Assembly (NCBI GenBank): GCA_040954595.2
Contig: CM082585.2
Coordinates: forward strand, 7,665,353 to 7,729,352
Direction: 5' to 3'
Length of the DNA: 64,000 nt
From: Balanoglossus misakiensis
Lineage: Eukaryota > Animalia > Hemichordata
Under the pieces are notes generated by a model, which saw nothing but the letters and a program-made list of their open reading frames with translations, made no database searches and was not told the DNA's origin. Below are positions 1-12,747 of this stretch, one piece after another; the stretch's first letter is position 1; every line of letters begins with the position of its first letter. Made by a program: the position numbers and the translations under genes.

Positions 1-1689
1 GGTTTTTATCCAAAAACCACCAAATTTTGAAATTTCGCGAAGTCGAAAAATTGACATTTCTGGATGATTTTCATGAGCTATAACCCATGGTTTTTATCCA
101 AAAACCACCAAATTTTGAAATTTCGCGAAGTCGAAAAATTGACATTTCTGGATGATTTTCATGAGCTATAACCCATGGTTTTTATCCAAAAACCACCAAA
201 TTTTGAAATTTCGCGAAGTCGAAAAATTGACATTTCTGGATGATTTTCATGAGCTATAACCCATGGTTTTTATCCAAAAACCACCAAATTTTGAAATTTC
301 GCGAAGTCGAAAAATTGACATTTCTGGATGATTTTCATGAGCTATAACCCATGGTTTTTATCCAAAAACCACCAAATTTTGAAATTTCGCGAAGTCGAAA
401 AATTGACATTTCTGGATGATTTTCATGAGCTATAACCCATGGTTTTTATCCAAAAACCACCAAATTTTGAAATTTCGCGAAGTCGAAAAATTGACATTTC
501 TGGATGATTTTCATGAGCTATAACCCATGGTTTTTATCCAAAAACCACCAAATTTTGAAATTTCGCGAAGTCGAAAAATTGACATTTCTGGATGATTTTC
601 ATGAGCTATAACCCATGGTTTTTATCCAAAAACCACCAAATTTTGAAATTTCGCGAAGTCGAAAAATTGACATTTCTGGATGATTTTCATGAGCAATAAC
701 CCATGGTTTTTATCCAAAAACCACCAAATTTTGAAATTTCGCGAAGTCGAAAAATTGACATTTCTGGATGATTTTCATGAGCTATAACCCATGGTTTTTA
801 TCCAAAAACCACCAAATTTTGAAATTTCGCGAAGTCGAAAAATTGACATTTCTGGATGATTTTCATGAGCTATAACCCATGGTTTTTATCCAAAAACCAC
901 CAAATTTTGAAATTTCGCGAAGTCGAAAAATTGACATTTCTGGATGATTTTCATGAGCTATAACCCATGGTTTTTATCCAAAAACCACCAAATTTTGAAA
1001 TTTCGCGAAGTCGAAAAATTGACATTTCTGGATGATTTTCATGAGCTATAACCCATGGTTTTTATCCAAAAACCACCAAATTTTGAAATTTCGCGAAGTC
1101 GAAAAATTGACATTTCTGGATGATTTTCATGAGCTATAACCCATGGTTTTTATCCAAAAACCACCAAATTTTGAAATTTCGCGAAGTCGAAAAATTGACA
1201 TTTCTGGATGATTTTCATGAGCTATAACCCATGGTTTTTATCCAAAAACCACCAAATTTTGAAATTTCGCGAAGTCGAAAAATTGACATTTCTGGATGAT
1301 TTTCATGAGCTATAACCCATGGTTTTTATCCAAAAACCACCAAATTTTGAAATTTCGCGAAGTCGAAAAATTGACATTTCTGGATGATTTTCATGAGCTA
1401 TAACCCATGGTTTTTATCCAAAAACCACCAAATTTTGAAATTTCGCGAAGTCGAAAAATTGACATTTCTGGATGATTTTCATGAGCTATAACCCATGGTT
1501 TTTATCCAAAAACCACCAAATTTTGAAATTTCGCGAAGTCGAAAAATTGACATTTCTGGATGATTTTCATGAGCTATAACCCATGGTTTTTATCCAAAAA
1601 CCACCAAATTTTGAAATTTCGCGAAGTCGAAAAATTGACATTTCTGGATGATTTTCATGAGCTATAACCCATGGTTTTTATCCAAAAAC
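1..1689 (+). repeat. 88-bp tandem satellite, forward block (~19 monomers, continues out of window)
   Basis: Monomer GGTTTTTATCCAAAAACCACCAAATTTTGAAATTTCGCGAAGTCGAAAAATTGACATTTCTGGATGATTTTCATGAGCTATAACCCAT recurs every 88 nt and is almost invariant (one variant, gagcaataac, near 695). Confidence 0.99.
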
Positions 1690-4600
1690 ATGGGTTATAG
1701 CTCATGAAAATCTTCCAGAAATGTCAATTTTTCGACTTCGCGAAATTTCAAAATTTGGTGGTTTTTGGATAAAAACCATGGGTTATAGCTCATGAAAATC
1801 ATCCAGAAATGTCAATTTTTCGACTTCGCGAAATTTCAAAATTTGGTGGTTTTTGGATAAAAACCATGGGTTATAGCTCATGAAAATCATCCAGAAATGT
1901 CAATTTTTCGACTTCACGAAATTTCAAAATTTGGTGGTTTTTGGATAAAAACCATGGGTTATAGCTCATGAAAATCTTCCAGAAATGTCAATTTTTCGAC
2001 TTCGCGAAATTTCAAAATTTGGTGGTTTTTGGATAAAAACCATGGGTTATAGCTCATGAAAATCATCCAGAAATGTCAATTTTTCGACTTCGCGAAATTT
2101 CAAAATTTGGTGGTTTTTGGATAAAAACCATGGGTTATAGCTCATGAAAATCATCCAGAAATGTCAATTTTTCGACTTCGCGAAATTTCAAAATTTGGTG
2201 GTTTTTGGATAAAAACCATGGGTTATAGCTCATGAAAATCATCCAGAAATGTCAATTTTTCGACTTCGCGAAATTTCAAAATTTGGTGGTTTTTGGATAA
2301 AAACCATGGGTTATAGCTCATGAAAATCATCCAGAAATGTCAATTTTTCGACTTCGCGAAATTTCAAAATTTGGTGGTTTTTGGATAAAAACCATGGGTT
2401 ATAGCTCATGAAAATCATCCAGAAATGTCAATTTTTCGACTTCGCGAAATTTCAAAATTTGGTGGTTTTTGGATAAAAACCATGGGTTATAGCTCATGAA
2501 AATCATCCAGAAATGTCAATTTTTCGACTTCGCGAAATTTCAAAATTTGGTGGTTTTTGGATAAAAACCATGGGTTATAGCTCATGAAAATCATCCAGAA
2601 ATGTCAATTTTTCGACTTCGCGAAATTTCAAAATTTGGTGGTTTTTGGATAAAAACCATGGGTTATAGCTCATGAAAATCATCCAGAAATGTCAATTTTT
2701 CGACTTCGCGAAATTTCAAAATTTGGTGGTTTTTGGATAAAAACCATGGGTTATAGCTCATGAAAATCATCCAGAAATGTCAATTTTTCGACTTCGCGAA
2801 ATTTCAAAATTTGGTGGTTTTTGGATAAAAACCATGGGTTATAGCTCATGAAAATCATCCAGAAATGTCAATTTTTCGACTGCGCGAAATTTCAAAATTT
2901 GGTGGTTTTTGGATAAAAACCATGGGTTATAGCTCATGAAAATCATCCAGAAATGTCAATTTTTCGACTTCGCGAAATTTCAAAATTTGGTGGTTTTTGG
3001 ATAAAAACCATGGGTTATAGCTCATGAAAATCATCCAGAAATGTCAATTTTTCGACTTCGCGAAATTTCAAAATTTGGTGGTTTTTGGATAAAAACCATG
3101 GGTTATAGCTCATGAAAATCATCCAGAAATGTCAATTTTTCGACTTCGCGAAATTTCAAAATTTGGTGGTTTTTGGATAAAAACCATGGGTTATAGCTCA
3201 TGAAAATCTTCCAGAAATGTCAATTTTTCGACTTCGCGAAATTTCAAAATTTGGTGGTTTTTGGATAAAAACCATGGGTTATAGCTCATGAAAATCATCC
3301 AGAAATGTCAATTTTTCGACTTCGCGAAATTTCAAAACTTGGTGGTTTTTGGATAAAAACCATGGGTTATAGCTCATGAAAATCATCCAGAAATGTCAAT
3401 TTTTCGACTTCGCGAAGTTTCAAAATTTGGTGGTTTTTGGATAAAAACCATGGGTTATAGCTCATGAAAATCATCCAGAAATGTCAATTTTTCGACTGCG
3501 CGAAATTTCAAAATTTGGTGGTTTTTGGATAAAAACCATGGGTTATAGCTCATGAAAATCATCCAGAAATGTCAATTTTTCGACTTCGCGAAATTTCAAA
3601 ATTTGGTGGTTTTTGGATAAAAACCATGGGTTATAGCTCATGAAAATCATCCAGAAATGTCAATTTTTCGACTTCGCGAAATTTCAAAATTTGGTGGTTT
3701 TTGGATAAAAACCATGGGTTATAGCTCATGAAAATCATCCAGAAATGTCAATTTTTCGACTTCGCGAAATTTCAAAATTTGGTGGTTTTTGGATAAAAAC
3801 CATGGGTTATAGCTCATGAAAATCTTCCAGAAATGTCAATTTTTCGACTTCGCGAAATTTCAAAATTTGGTAGTTTTTGGATAAAAACCATGGGTTATAG
3901 CTCATGAAAATCATCCAGAAATGTCAATTTTTCGACTTCGCGAAATTTCAAAACTTGGTGGTTTTTGGATAAAAACCATGGGTTATAGCTCATGAAAATC
4001 ATCCAGAAATGTCAATTTTTCGACTTCGCGAAATTTCAAAATTTGGTGGTTTTTGGATAAAAACCATGGGTTATAGCTCATGAAAATCTTCCAGAAATGT
4101 CAATTTTTCGACTTCGCGAAATTTCAAAATTTGGTGGTTTTTGGATAAAAACCATGGGTTATAGCTCATGAAAATCATCCAGAAATGTCAATTTTTCGAC
4201 TTCGCGAAATTTCAAAATTTGGTGGTTTTAGGATAAAAACCATGGGTTATAGCTCATGAAAATCTTCCAGAAATGTCAATTTTTCGACTTCGCGAAATTT
4301 CAAAATTTGGTGGTTTTTGGATAAAAACCATGGGTTATAGCTCATGAAAATCATCCAGAAATGTCAATTTTTCGACTTCGCGAAATTTCAAAATTTGGTG
4401 GTTTTTGGATAAAAACCATGGGTTATAGCTCATGAAAATCATCCAGAAATGTCAATTTTTCGACTGCGCGAAATTTCAAAATTTGGTGGTTTTTGGATAA
4501 AAACCATGGGTTATAGCTCATGAAAATCATCCAGAAATGTCAATTTTTCGACTTCGCGAAATTTCAAAATTTGGTGGTTTTTGGATAAAAACCATGGGTT

Positions 4601-7600
4601 ATAGCTCATGAAAATCATCCAGAAATGTCAATTTTTCGACTTCGCGAAATTTCCAAATTTGGTGGTTTTTGGATAAAATCATGGGTTATAGCTCATGAAA
4701 ATCATCCAGAAATGTCAATTTTTCGACTTCGCGAAATTTCAAAATTTGGTGGTTTTTGGATAAAAACCATGGGTTATAGCTCTTGAAAATCATCCAGAAA
4801 TGTCAATTTTTCGACTTCGCGAAATTTCAAAATTTGGTGGTTTTTGGATAAAAACCATGGGTTATAGCTCATGAAAATCATCCAGAAAAGTCAATTTTTC
4901 GACTTCGCGAAATTTCAAAATTTGGTGGTTTTTGGATAAAAACCATGGGTTATAGCTCATGAAAATCATCCAGAAATGTCAATTTTTCGACTTCGCGAAA
5001 TTTCAAAATTTGGTGGTTTTTGGATAAAAACCATGGGTTATAGCTCATGAAAATCATCCAGAAATGTCAATTTTTCGACTTCGCGAAATTTCAAAATTTG
5101 GTGGTTTTTGGATAAAAACCATGGGTTATAGCTCATGAAAATCATCCAGAAATGTCAATTTTTCGACTTCGCGAAATTTCAAAATTTGGTGGTTTTTGGA
5201 TAAAAACCATGGGTTATAGCTCATGAAAATCATCCAGAAATGTCAATTTTTCGACTGCGCGAAATTTCAAAATTTGGTGGTTTTTGGATAAAAACCATGG
5301 GTTATAGCTCATGAAAATCATCCAGAAATGTCAATTTTTCGACTTCGCGAAATTTCAAAATTTGGTGGTTTTTGGATAAAAACCATGGGTTATAGCTCAT
5401 GAAAATCATCCAGAAATGTCAATTTTTCGACTTCGCGAAATTTCAAAATTTGGTGGTTTTTGGATAAAAACCATGGGTTATAGCTCATGAAAATCATCCA
5501 GAAATGTCAATTTTTCGACTTCGCGAAATTTCAAAATTTGGTGGTTTTTGGATAAAAACCATGGGTTATAGCTCATGAAAATCATCCAGAAATGTCAATT
5601 TTTCGACTTCGCGAAATTTCAAAATTTGGTGGTTTTTGGATAAAAACCATGGGTTATAGCTCATGAAAATCATCCAGAAATGTCAATTTTTCGACTTCGC
5701 GAAATTTCAAAATTTGGTGGTTTTTGGATAAAAACCATGGGTTATAGCTCATGAAAATCATCCAGAAATGTCAATTTTTCGACTTCGCGAAATTTCAAAA
5801 TTTGGTGGTTTTTGGATAAAAACCATGGGTTATAGCTCATGAAAATCATCCAGAAATGTCAATTTTTCGACTTCGCGAAATTTCAAAATTTGGTGGTTTT
5901 TGGATAAAAACCATGGGTTATAGCTCATGAAAATCATCCAGAAATGTCAATTTTTCGACTTCGCGAAATTTCAAAATTTGGTGGTTTTTGGATAAAAACC
6001 ATGGGTTATAGCTCATGAAAATCATCCAGAAATGTCAATTTTTCGACTGCGCGAAATTTCAAAATTTGGTGGTTTTTGGATAAAAACCATGGGTTATAGC
6101 TAATGAAAATCATCCAGAAATGACAATTTTCGACTTCGCGAAATTTCAAAATTTGGTGGTTTTTGGATAAAAACCATGAGTTATAGCTCATGAAAATCAT
6201 CCAGAAATGTCAATTTTTCGACTTCGCGAAATTTCAAAATTTGGTGGTTTTTGGATAAAAACCATGGGTTATAGCTCATGAAAATCATCCAGAAATGTCA
6301 ATTTTTCGACATCGCGAAATTTCAAAATTTGGTGGTTTTTGGATAAAAACCATGGGTTATAGCTCATGAAAATCATCCAGAAATGTCAATTTTTCGACTT
6401 CGCGAAATTTCAAAATTTGGTGGTTTTTGGATAAAAACCATGGGTTATAGCTCATGAAAATCATCCAGAAATGTCAATTTTTCGACTGCGCGAAATTTCA
6501 AAATTTGGTGGTTTTTGGATAAAAACCATGGGTTATAGCTCATGAAAATCATCCAGAAATGTCAATTTTTCGACTTCGCGAAATTTCAAAATTTGGTGGT
6601 TTTTGGATAAAAACCATGGGTTATAGCTCATGAAAATCATCCAGAAATGTCAATTTTTCGACTTCGCGAAATTTCAAAATTTGGTGGTTTTTGGATAAAA
6701 ACCATGGGTTATAGCTCATGAAAATCATCCAGAAATGTCAATTTTTCGACTTCGCGAAATTTCAAAATTTGGTGGTTTTTGGATAAAAACCATGGGTTAT
6801 AGCTCATGAAAATCATCCAGAAATGTCAATTTTTCGACTTCGCGAAATTTCAAAATTTGGTGGTTTTTTGATAAAAACCATGGGTTATAGCTCATGAAAA
6901 TCATCCAGAAATGTCAATTTTTCGACTTCGCGAAATTTCAAAATTTGGTGGTTTTTGGATAAAAACCATGGGTTATAGCTCATGAAAATCATCCAGAAAT
7001 GTCAATTTTTCGACTTCGCGAAATTTCAAAATTTGGTGGTTTTTGGATAAAAACCATGGGTTATAGCTCATGAAAATCATCCAGAAATGTCAATTTTTCG
7101 ACTTCGCGAAATTTCAAAATTTGGTGGTTTTTGGATAAAAACCATGGGTTATAGCTCATGAAAATCATCCAGAAATGTCAATTTTTCGACTTCGCGAAAT
7201 TTCAAAATTTGGTGGTTTTTGGATAAAAACATGGGTTATAGCTCATGAAAATCATCCAGAAATGTGAATTTTTCGACTGCGCGAAATTTCAAAATTTGGT
7301 GGTTTTTTGATAAAAAACCATGGGTTATAGCTCATGAAAATCATCCAGAAATGGCAATTTTTCGACTTCGCGAAATTTCAAAATTTGGTGGTTTTTGGAT
7401 AAAAACATGGGTTATAGCTCATGAAAATCATCCAGAAATGTGAATTTTTCGACTGCGCGAAATTTCAAAATTTGGTGGTTTTTTGATAAAAAACCATGGG
7501 TTATAGCTCATGAAAATCATCCAGAAATGTCAATTTTTCGACTTCGCGAAATTTCAAAATTTGGTGGTTTTTGGATAAAAACCATGGGTTATAGCTCATG

Positions 7601-8866
7601 AAAATCATCCAGAAATGTCAATTTTTCGACTTCGCGAAATTTCAAAATTTGGTGGTTTTTGGATAAAAACCATGGGTTATAGCTCATGAAAATCATCCAG
7701 AAATGTCAATTTTTCGACTTCGCGAAATTTCAAAATTTGGTGGTTTTTGGATAAAAACCATGGGTTATAGCTCATGAAAATCATCCAGAAATGTCAATTT
7801 TTCGACTGCGCGAAATTTCAAAATTTGGTGGTTTTTGGATAAAAACCATGGGTTATAGCTCATGAAAATCATCCAGAAATGTCAATTTTTCGACTTCGCG
7901 AAATTTCAAAATTTGGTGGTTTTTGGATAAAAACCATGGGTTATAGCTCATGAAAATCATCCAGAAATGTCAATTTTTCGACTTCGCGAAATTTCAAAAT
8001 TTGGTGGTTTTTGGATAAAAACCATGGGTTATAGCTCATGAAAATCATCCAGAAATGTCAATTTTTCGACTTCGCGAAATTTCAAAATTTGGTGGTTTTT
8101 GGATAAAAACCATGGGTTATAGCTCATGAAAATCATCCAGAAATGTCAATTTTTCGACTTCGCGAAATTTCAAAATTTGGTGGTTTTTGGATAAAAACCA
8201 TGGGTTATAGCTCATGAAAATCATCCAGAAATGTCAATTTTTCGACTTCGCGAAATTTCAAAATTTGGTGGTTTTTGGATAAAAACCATGGGTTATAGCT
8301 CATGAAAATCATCCAGAAATGTCAATTTTTCGACTTCGCGAAATTTCAAAATTTGGTGGTTTTTGGATAAAAACCATGGGTTATAGCTTATGAAAATCAT
8401 CCAGAAATGTCAATTTTTCGACTTCGCGAAATTTCAAAATTTGGTGGTTTTTGGATAAAAACCATGGTATAGCTCATGAAAATCATCCAGAAATGTCAAT
8501 TTTTCGACTTCGCGAAATTTCAAAATTTGGTGGTTTTTGGATAAAAACATGGGTTATAGCTCATGAAAATCATCCAGAAATGTCAATTTTTCGACTGCGC
8601 GAAATTTCAAAATTTGGTGGTTTTTTGATAAAAAACCATGGGTTATAGCTCATGAAAATCATCCAGAAATGGCAATTTTTCGACTTCGCGAAATTTCAAA
8701 ATTTGGTGGTTTTTGGATAAAAACATGGGTTATAGCTCATGAAAATCATCCAGAAATGTGAATTTTTCGACTGCGCGAAATTTCAAAATTTGGTGGTTTT
8801 TTGATAAAAAACCATGGGTTATAGCTCATGAAAATAATCCAGAAATGGCAATTTTTCGACTTCACG
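1690..8866 (-). repeat. 88-bp tandem satellite, inverted block (~81 monomers)
   Basis: Reverse complement of the same monomer (ATGGGTTATAGCTCATGAAAATCATCCAGAAATGTCAATTTTTCGACTTCGCG...). Scattered SNPs and indels become more frequent toward 8866. Confidence 0.99.
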
Positions 8867-9077
8867 AATTTTGAGATTACTCAAAGTCGAAAAATTGTCA
8901 TTTTTTGATGATTTTCATATCCATTGATGAGTTTCATGAGCTATAACCCATGATTTTTTTTCAAAAATCGACGAAATTTTGAGATTTCGCAAAGTCGAAA
9001 AAGTGTCATTTTTTGATGATTTTTATGAGCTATAACCCATGAAAAATTGGTCATTTTTTTAGACATTTTTCATGAGC
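8867..9077 (+). repeat. Degenerate satellite monomers in forward orientation (array margin)
   Basis: aattttgagattactcaaagtcgaaaaattgtcattttttgatgattttcat...gagctataacccatg aligns to the forward monomer with many substitutions; about 2.5 units. Confidence 0.9.
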
Positions 9078-9176
9078 ATGAGTCATGATTTGCAAATCAC
9101 AACTAAAATGAAAATTAACACAATAGAAACATAGAGGTCCATATATAAATACATAATTTTATTTCACAACAAATTA

Positions 9177-9587
9177 GAATAGATTAGAATAGAATAGTTT
9201 ATTGTGTTCCAAGGCCTCCGGCCCATATGCAAGGGGGTTACAGAAATTTAACATAGAAAAACAGCAAAATACAGTACAGCTGTACATGACAATTACACAG
9301 TTAAAATTCTGTCTCTTGAAAAAAGCGAGAGAGATATCTTTCTCTGCTTAAACGCTTTGTCTGTGAAAATACAAAGATTAAGAAGCTCATCGTAGTTAGA
9401 CGTGTTCATAAGTCGAACAAATTTGTGAAAAGTTGGATGCTCAAAGTAGACATGTGATAAGTACTGTTTTCTAAGGTCTGTGTAAGCAGAGCATCCAAGG
9501 AGAAAATGGTGTTCATCTTCTACTGCTCCTTTTGTACAAAACTTACATAGACAATCTGGTACATCTATATTGTGCCTTCTCCCCTCC
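9177..9587 (-). mobile_element. 5'-truncated non-LTR retrotransposon (LINE, RTE-X-like) 3' end
   Basis: Minus-strand peptide EEGRRHNI...CKFC...EDEHHFLLGCSAYTDLRKQYL resembles the Cys/His-rich C-terminus of LINE ORF2 (stop at 9293). It is followed by a GGCC-N3-GGCC hairpin, AATAAA (9198-9203) and a (CTATT)n-like tail. 13-bp TSD TCACAACAAATTA at 9164-9176 and 9588-9600. Clade assignment is inference. Confidence 0.88.
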
Positions 9588-9888
9588 TCACAACAAATTA
9601 TAGCATATGGTCTTGACTGTGTTGACACTGCAACCCTGTAAAATATAAAACATAAAGTATTGTTAATATTTGCGATCATATCCATCGATATTCTACAGTT
9701 CATAGTCAAATATACAGTTTACATGGCCAGTTGCAAGGAATCAGCACTGTAGAATCGTTAATTTTCACTAAGAATTTTCAGTATTTTCGCTGGACTCATT
9801 TTTCCGTTAGAACAACATCCAAATGAACATTCTTTTTTCCCATTCTTTAATACACATGAAGAAAATTTGACGAAAAATTACCTCAGGA

Positions 9889-11735
9889 TTACTTCATCTT
9901 GTGGGTGTTGTAGACCAGCAGATTGTAGAACGAAAAGACACCAAACAGAAAATTCTGGAAGAACCATTTCACACGCGCTGACGTATCAGTGATGCCTTTA
10001 GCACTGAAAACGAAAAAAATGCAAAATGTAAATTGAGTTGAAGAACCAGTCAGTCATACAGCTTTCCAAGTCCTTTGAGTCAAGAGTCTAATAGACCAGT
10101 GCCATTTTCATCATGTCCACTATCTGATTCTTATTTTAATTTTTTTTTTGTGTATGTATATTTTACATTACAGACACATGGCCAGAAATAAAGTTTTTAA
10201 TTACTAGTATAGTGAAATTTATTTGGATTCACGAATGTTTTACACTGTGTCTTGCAAGTTTTATGAATAGGTCAAAACATATAATCAAGTCTGCCGACTC
10301 TTTCATGAAGTCCACGGGCAAAAATATTTAATGCTCTATTAGCTCTCACTATTCACAGAAGCAGGACTTACCTACAAACAGGAATTGATAAAAGTGCTTC
10401 GCCAACATGAAGAGCCCAAGCAAAAATATATCTGAAACGAAATGAGTACAAGTTACGTTTGCAGTGAACAGTACACTTCATTACAGTACTTTTTATACAT
10501 GTGCTAAGTTAAAGTTTGAGCTCAAACACGCCTTTTTCATAAAGAGGGGGCTCTTCTGAGACAACGCGAAAATGACTGTTATCGTTGAATTGAATTAAAG
10601 AGTGAATTGAGGTCCAGTGACAAAGTCATTTCAATTGACTTACCCTTTGTATAGTGCTTGTGGATGGTTGTCGACTAGATTTTTAACAAATGTTCCAAAC
10701 GGACCAAGGGAGCCATATGGAATTATTTCTGGCTTAAAACAGGCTATCTGAAAAAGAAGAAGAAGAAAACGGTCAACATGCTGAATTCATTCCTTGATTT
10801 TGTGAATTTGTGGGTCATATGGTCTCCTGGATTAAAATTAGTTTCAAAGAAAAAAAATTCTGTACAGACAAATTATGATGGTATTTTGTGTACATAGATG
10901 GATTTACTGAAAAATATTACACATTCCACAAACAAGTGCATGAAAAAAAGTCTGCAAAATTGCCAGGTTAATATTTCACTGGATTACCCCATCATCATGA
11001 TCATCATAAACCACATCTGCCAGGTGTGTTACTGGTGGTGCATTATACCTAGACTTTACCTGACCATTGCAATTTGAACCTTGATGACAAAGTCCAATCT
11101 GATATACCGATAATACCCCCGGTAATCAAAGTTCATTCCGACGGTATTATGTCAAAGAAGTTGTCTGTCAGTCTGCCGCAACAGGCGATTGACTTTTGCA
11201 ACCAATTCGTGTCGGGGGGGGGGGGGGGGCAACAGACTCTGCCTGTAGGTTAGGACCGTACAGGAAAATGAGCGAACGTCGATCTGTCGGATATATCCAT
11301 GGGACTCGATCAGAGCTAAGTTTGATCACCATAGAAACCCACCCTCTCTCTCACTCAATGACCAGACCCAAATTTATGTCCATGATGGACCCAAACTGCA
11401 ATCTGACATCGACGGACTGTCTCGAGATTGGAACTAGTACCACCCATAGGGGCTCAAATCTACAACCGAGCCGCCCCTGATACAACTGTAAAAAATATCT
11501 CACATATATGAACCAGTGGGGCTTCGCGGTTGTTGATTTGGGGGGCATGATGTACAAGCCACTGAGCAAGAACATGCATTGCACTAACTGCAGAATCACC
11601 GGAGGTCAAGTCTGGCACGGTTTTGCCCGAGAGAAGATCACCTACCGTGTAGAACCCCATACCAAACACAACGAACACCATCCCAGCGGCATTGGCTCTT
11701 ACAAAATAATCTTTTCCGCTTTTCCTTTTCGTCAT
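9889..11735 (-). CDS. TMEM254: Transmembrane protein 254 (DUF4499 family), 4 coding exons, 122 aa
   Basis: Exons 11735-11646, 10747-10644, 10431-10372, 10003-9889, all GT-AG with continuous phase: MTKRKSGKDYFVRANAAGMVFVVFGMGFYTIACFKPEIIPYGSLGPFGTFVKNLVDNHPQALYKGYIFAWALHVGEALLSIPVCSAKGITDTSARVKWFFQNFLFGVFSFYNLLVYNTHKMK. Matches recalled TMEM254 motifs (IPY..LGP.G, LAW.IHVGE, KGIT, WF.Q.F.FG). An acceptor 1 nt before the ATG implies an upstream non-coding exon (donor near 12187). Confidence 0.93.
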
Positions 11736-12747
11736 TCTGAAATATTACCTTGTCGATGTAACCCAAGTATAAAGCACGTTACACTTGCAGCAGCTGATCG
11801 TTTGTTTTCTGAACCCAAACATGACCTTTGACCTGGCTATAGCGCCCTCAACCGGATGATCACGGACGACCGTTTGTTTCTACTTTATCGGTGTACGTGT
11901 GTCCATAACATCATCACCATCCCCTTTCGCCGCCCCCGGGAACAGTATGCAATAGTTTGAAACTTCCACCATTGAATGCTATGATATTACACAATAGAAC
12001 ATACATGTATAGAAAATGTCCTTTTTACCACTCGTGATTAAAACGCGAAACAGGAAATTGAACCATCAATATTTATGTCGGTTTGTGTTAGCTGTTTAGC
12101 GTTATCTGTCGTTTAGCACACTACGTAATAACTACACCAAAAACGTTTCACCGCTTTTATCGTAACGACTTTCGACATTTGAATTACCTAATCAACAGAC
12201 GTGTTGCAAATGTCGTCAATATTTTCCCACCGTGTGGTTTGTTTGATATTTGCTTGACGTCATACTTTCCATAGGGTTTCATTAAGTCCTAGGAAGCGTC
12301 AGCTTCGAAATGTCATACAAGCAGTCAGAATATGCTAGTTGTGAATTGTATATATGACCGTGGTATTGTAATCAGAAACAGTCAACTCTATCTCTAACTC
12401 TAACACTAACACTAACGATGTCTGTTTCGAGAAAGCGCATCTCGATACTTGTGTAAACATGTCTATACCCCTAAAATACCCCCGCGCTTTAAGCATCGCC
12501 ATCAAATTCCCGATAAATTATTCATCGCGGGGATATAACTCTCTCTGACAAGGAAACAAAAGCGTCACTGAGCTTTCTCATAACTTCCCATTTAACGACC
12601 ACACATTAGTTTAATCTTTGTTTAATGAACTGCATAAATTTCCCCCAATGCAATAAAACGTAACCGTTTTAGCCATAAATAAGTCGAGAATCCTGCATAA
12701 ATGCAAACATCCGTCTTCTCTCGTGTCTATTTCCCTGTGCTCGTTAA

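Noticed and set aside
1-8866. CRISPR-like array, or coding ORFs at 6006-6200 and 8451-8648
   Set aside because: Units are head-to-tail with no unique spacers and the context is eukaryotic; the ORFs are translations of satellite variants.
9588-9709. N-terminal part of the 138-aa ORF 9293-9709
   Set aside because: Lies outside the TSD-bounded LINE; chance open frame through TMEM254 UTR and intron.
11460-11645. C-terminal part of ORF 11460-11735
   Set aside because: Intron read-through past the GTAGGT donor of the first TMEM254 coding exon.
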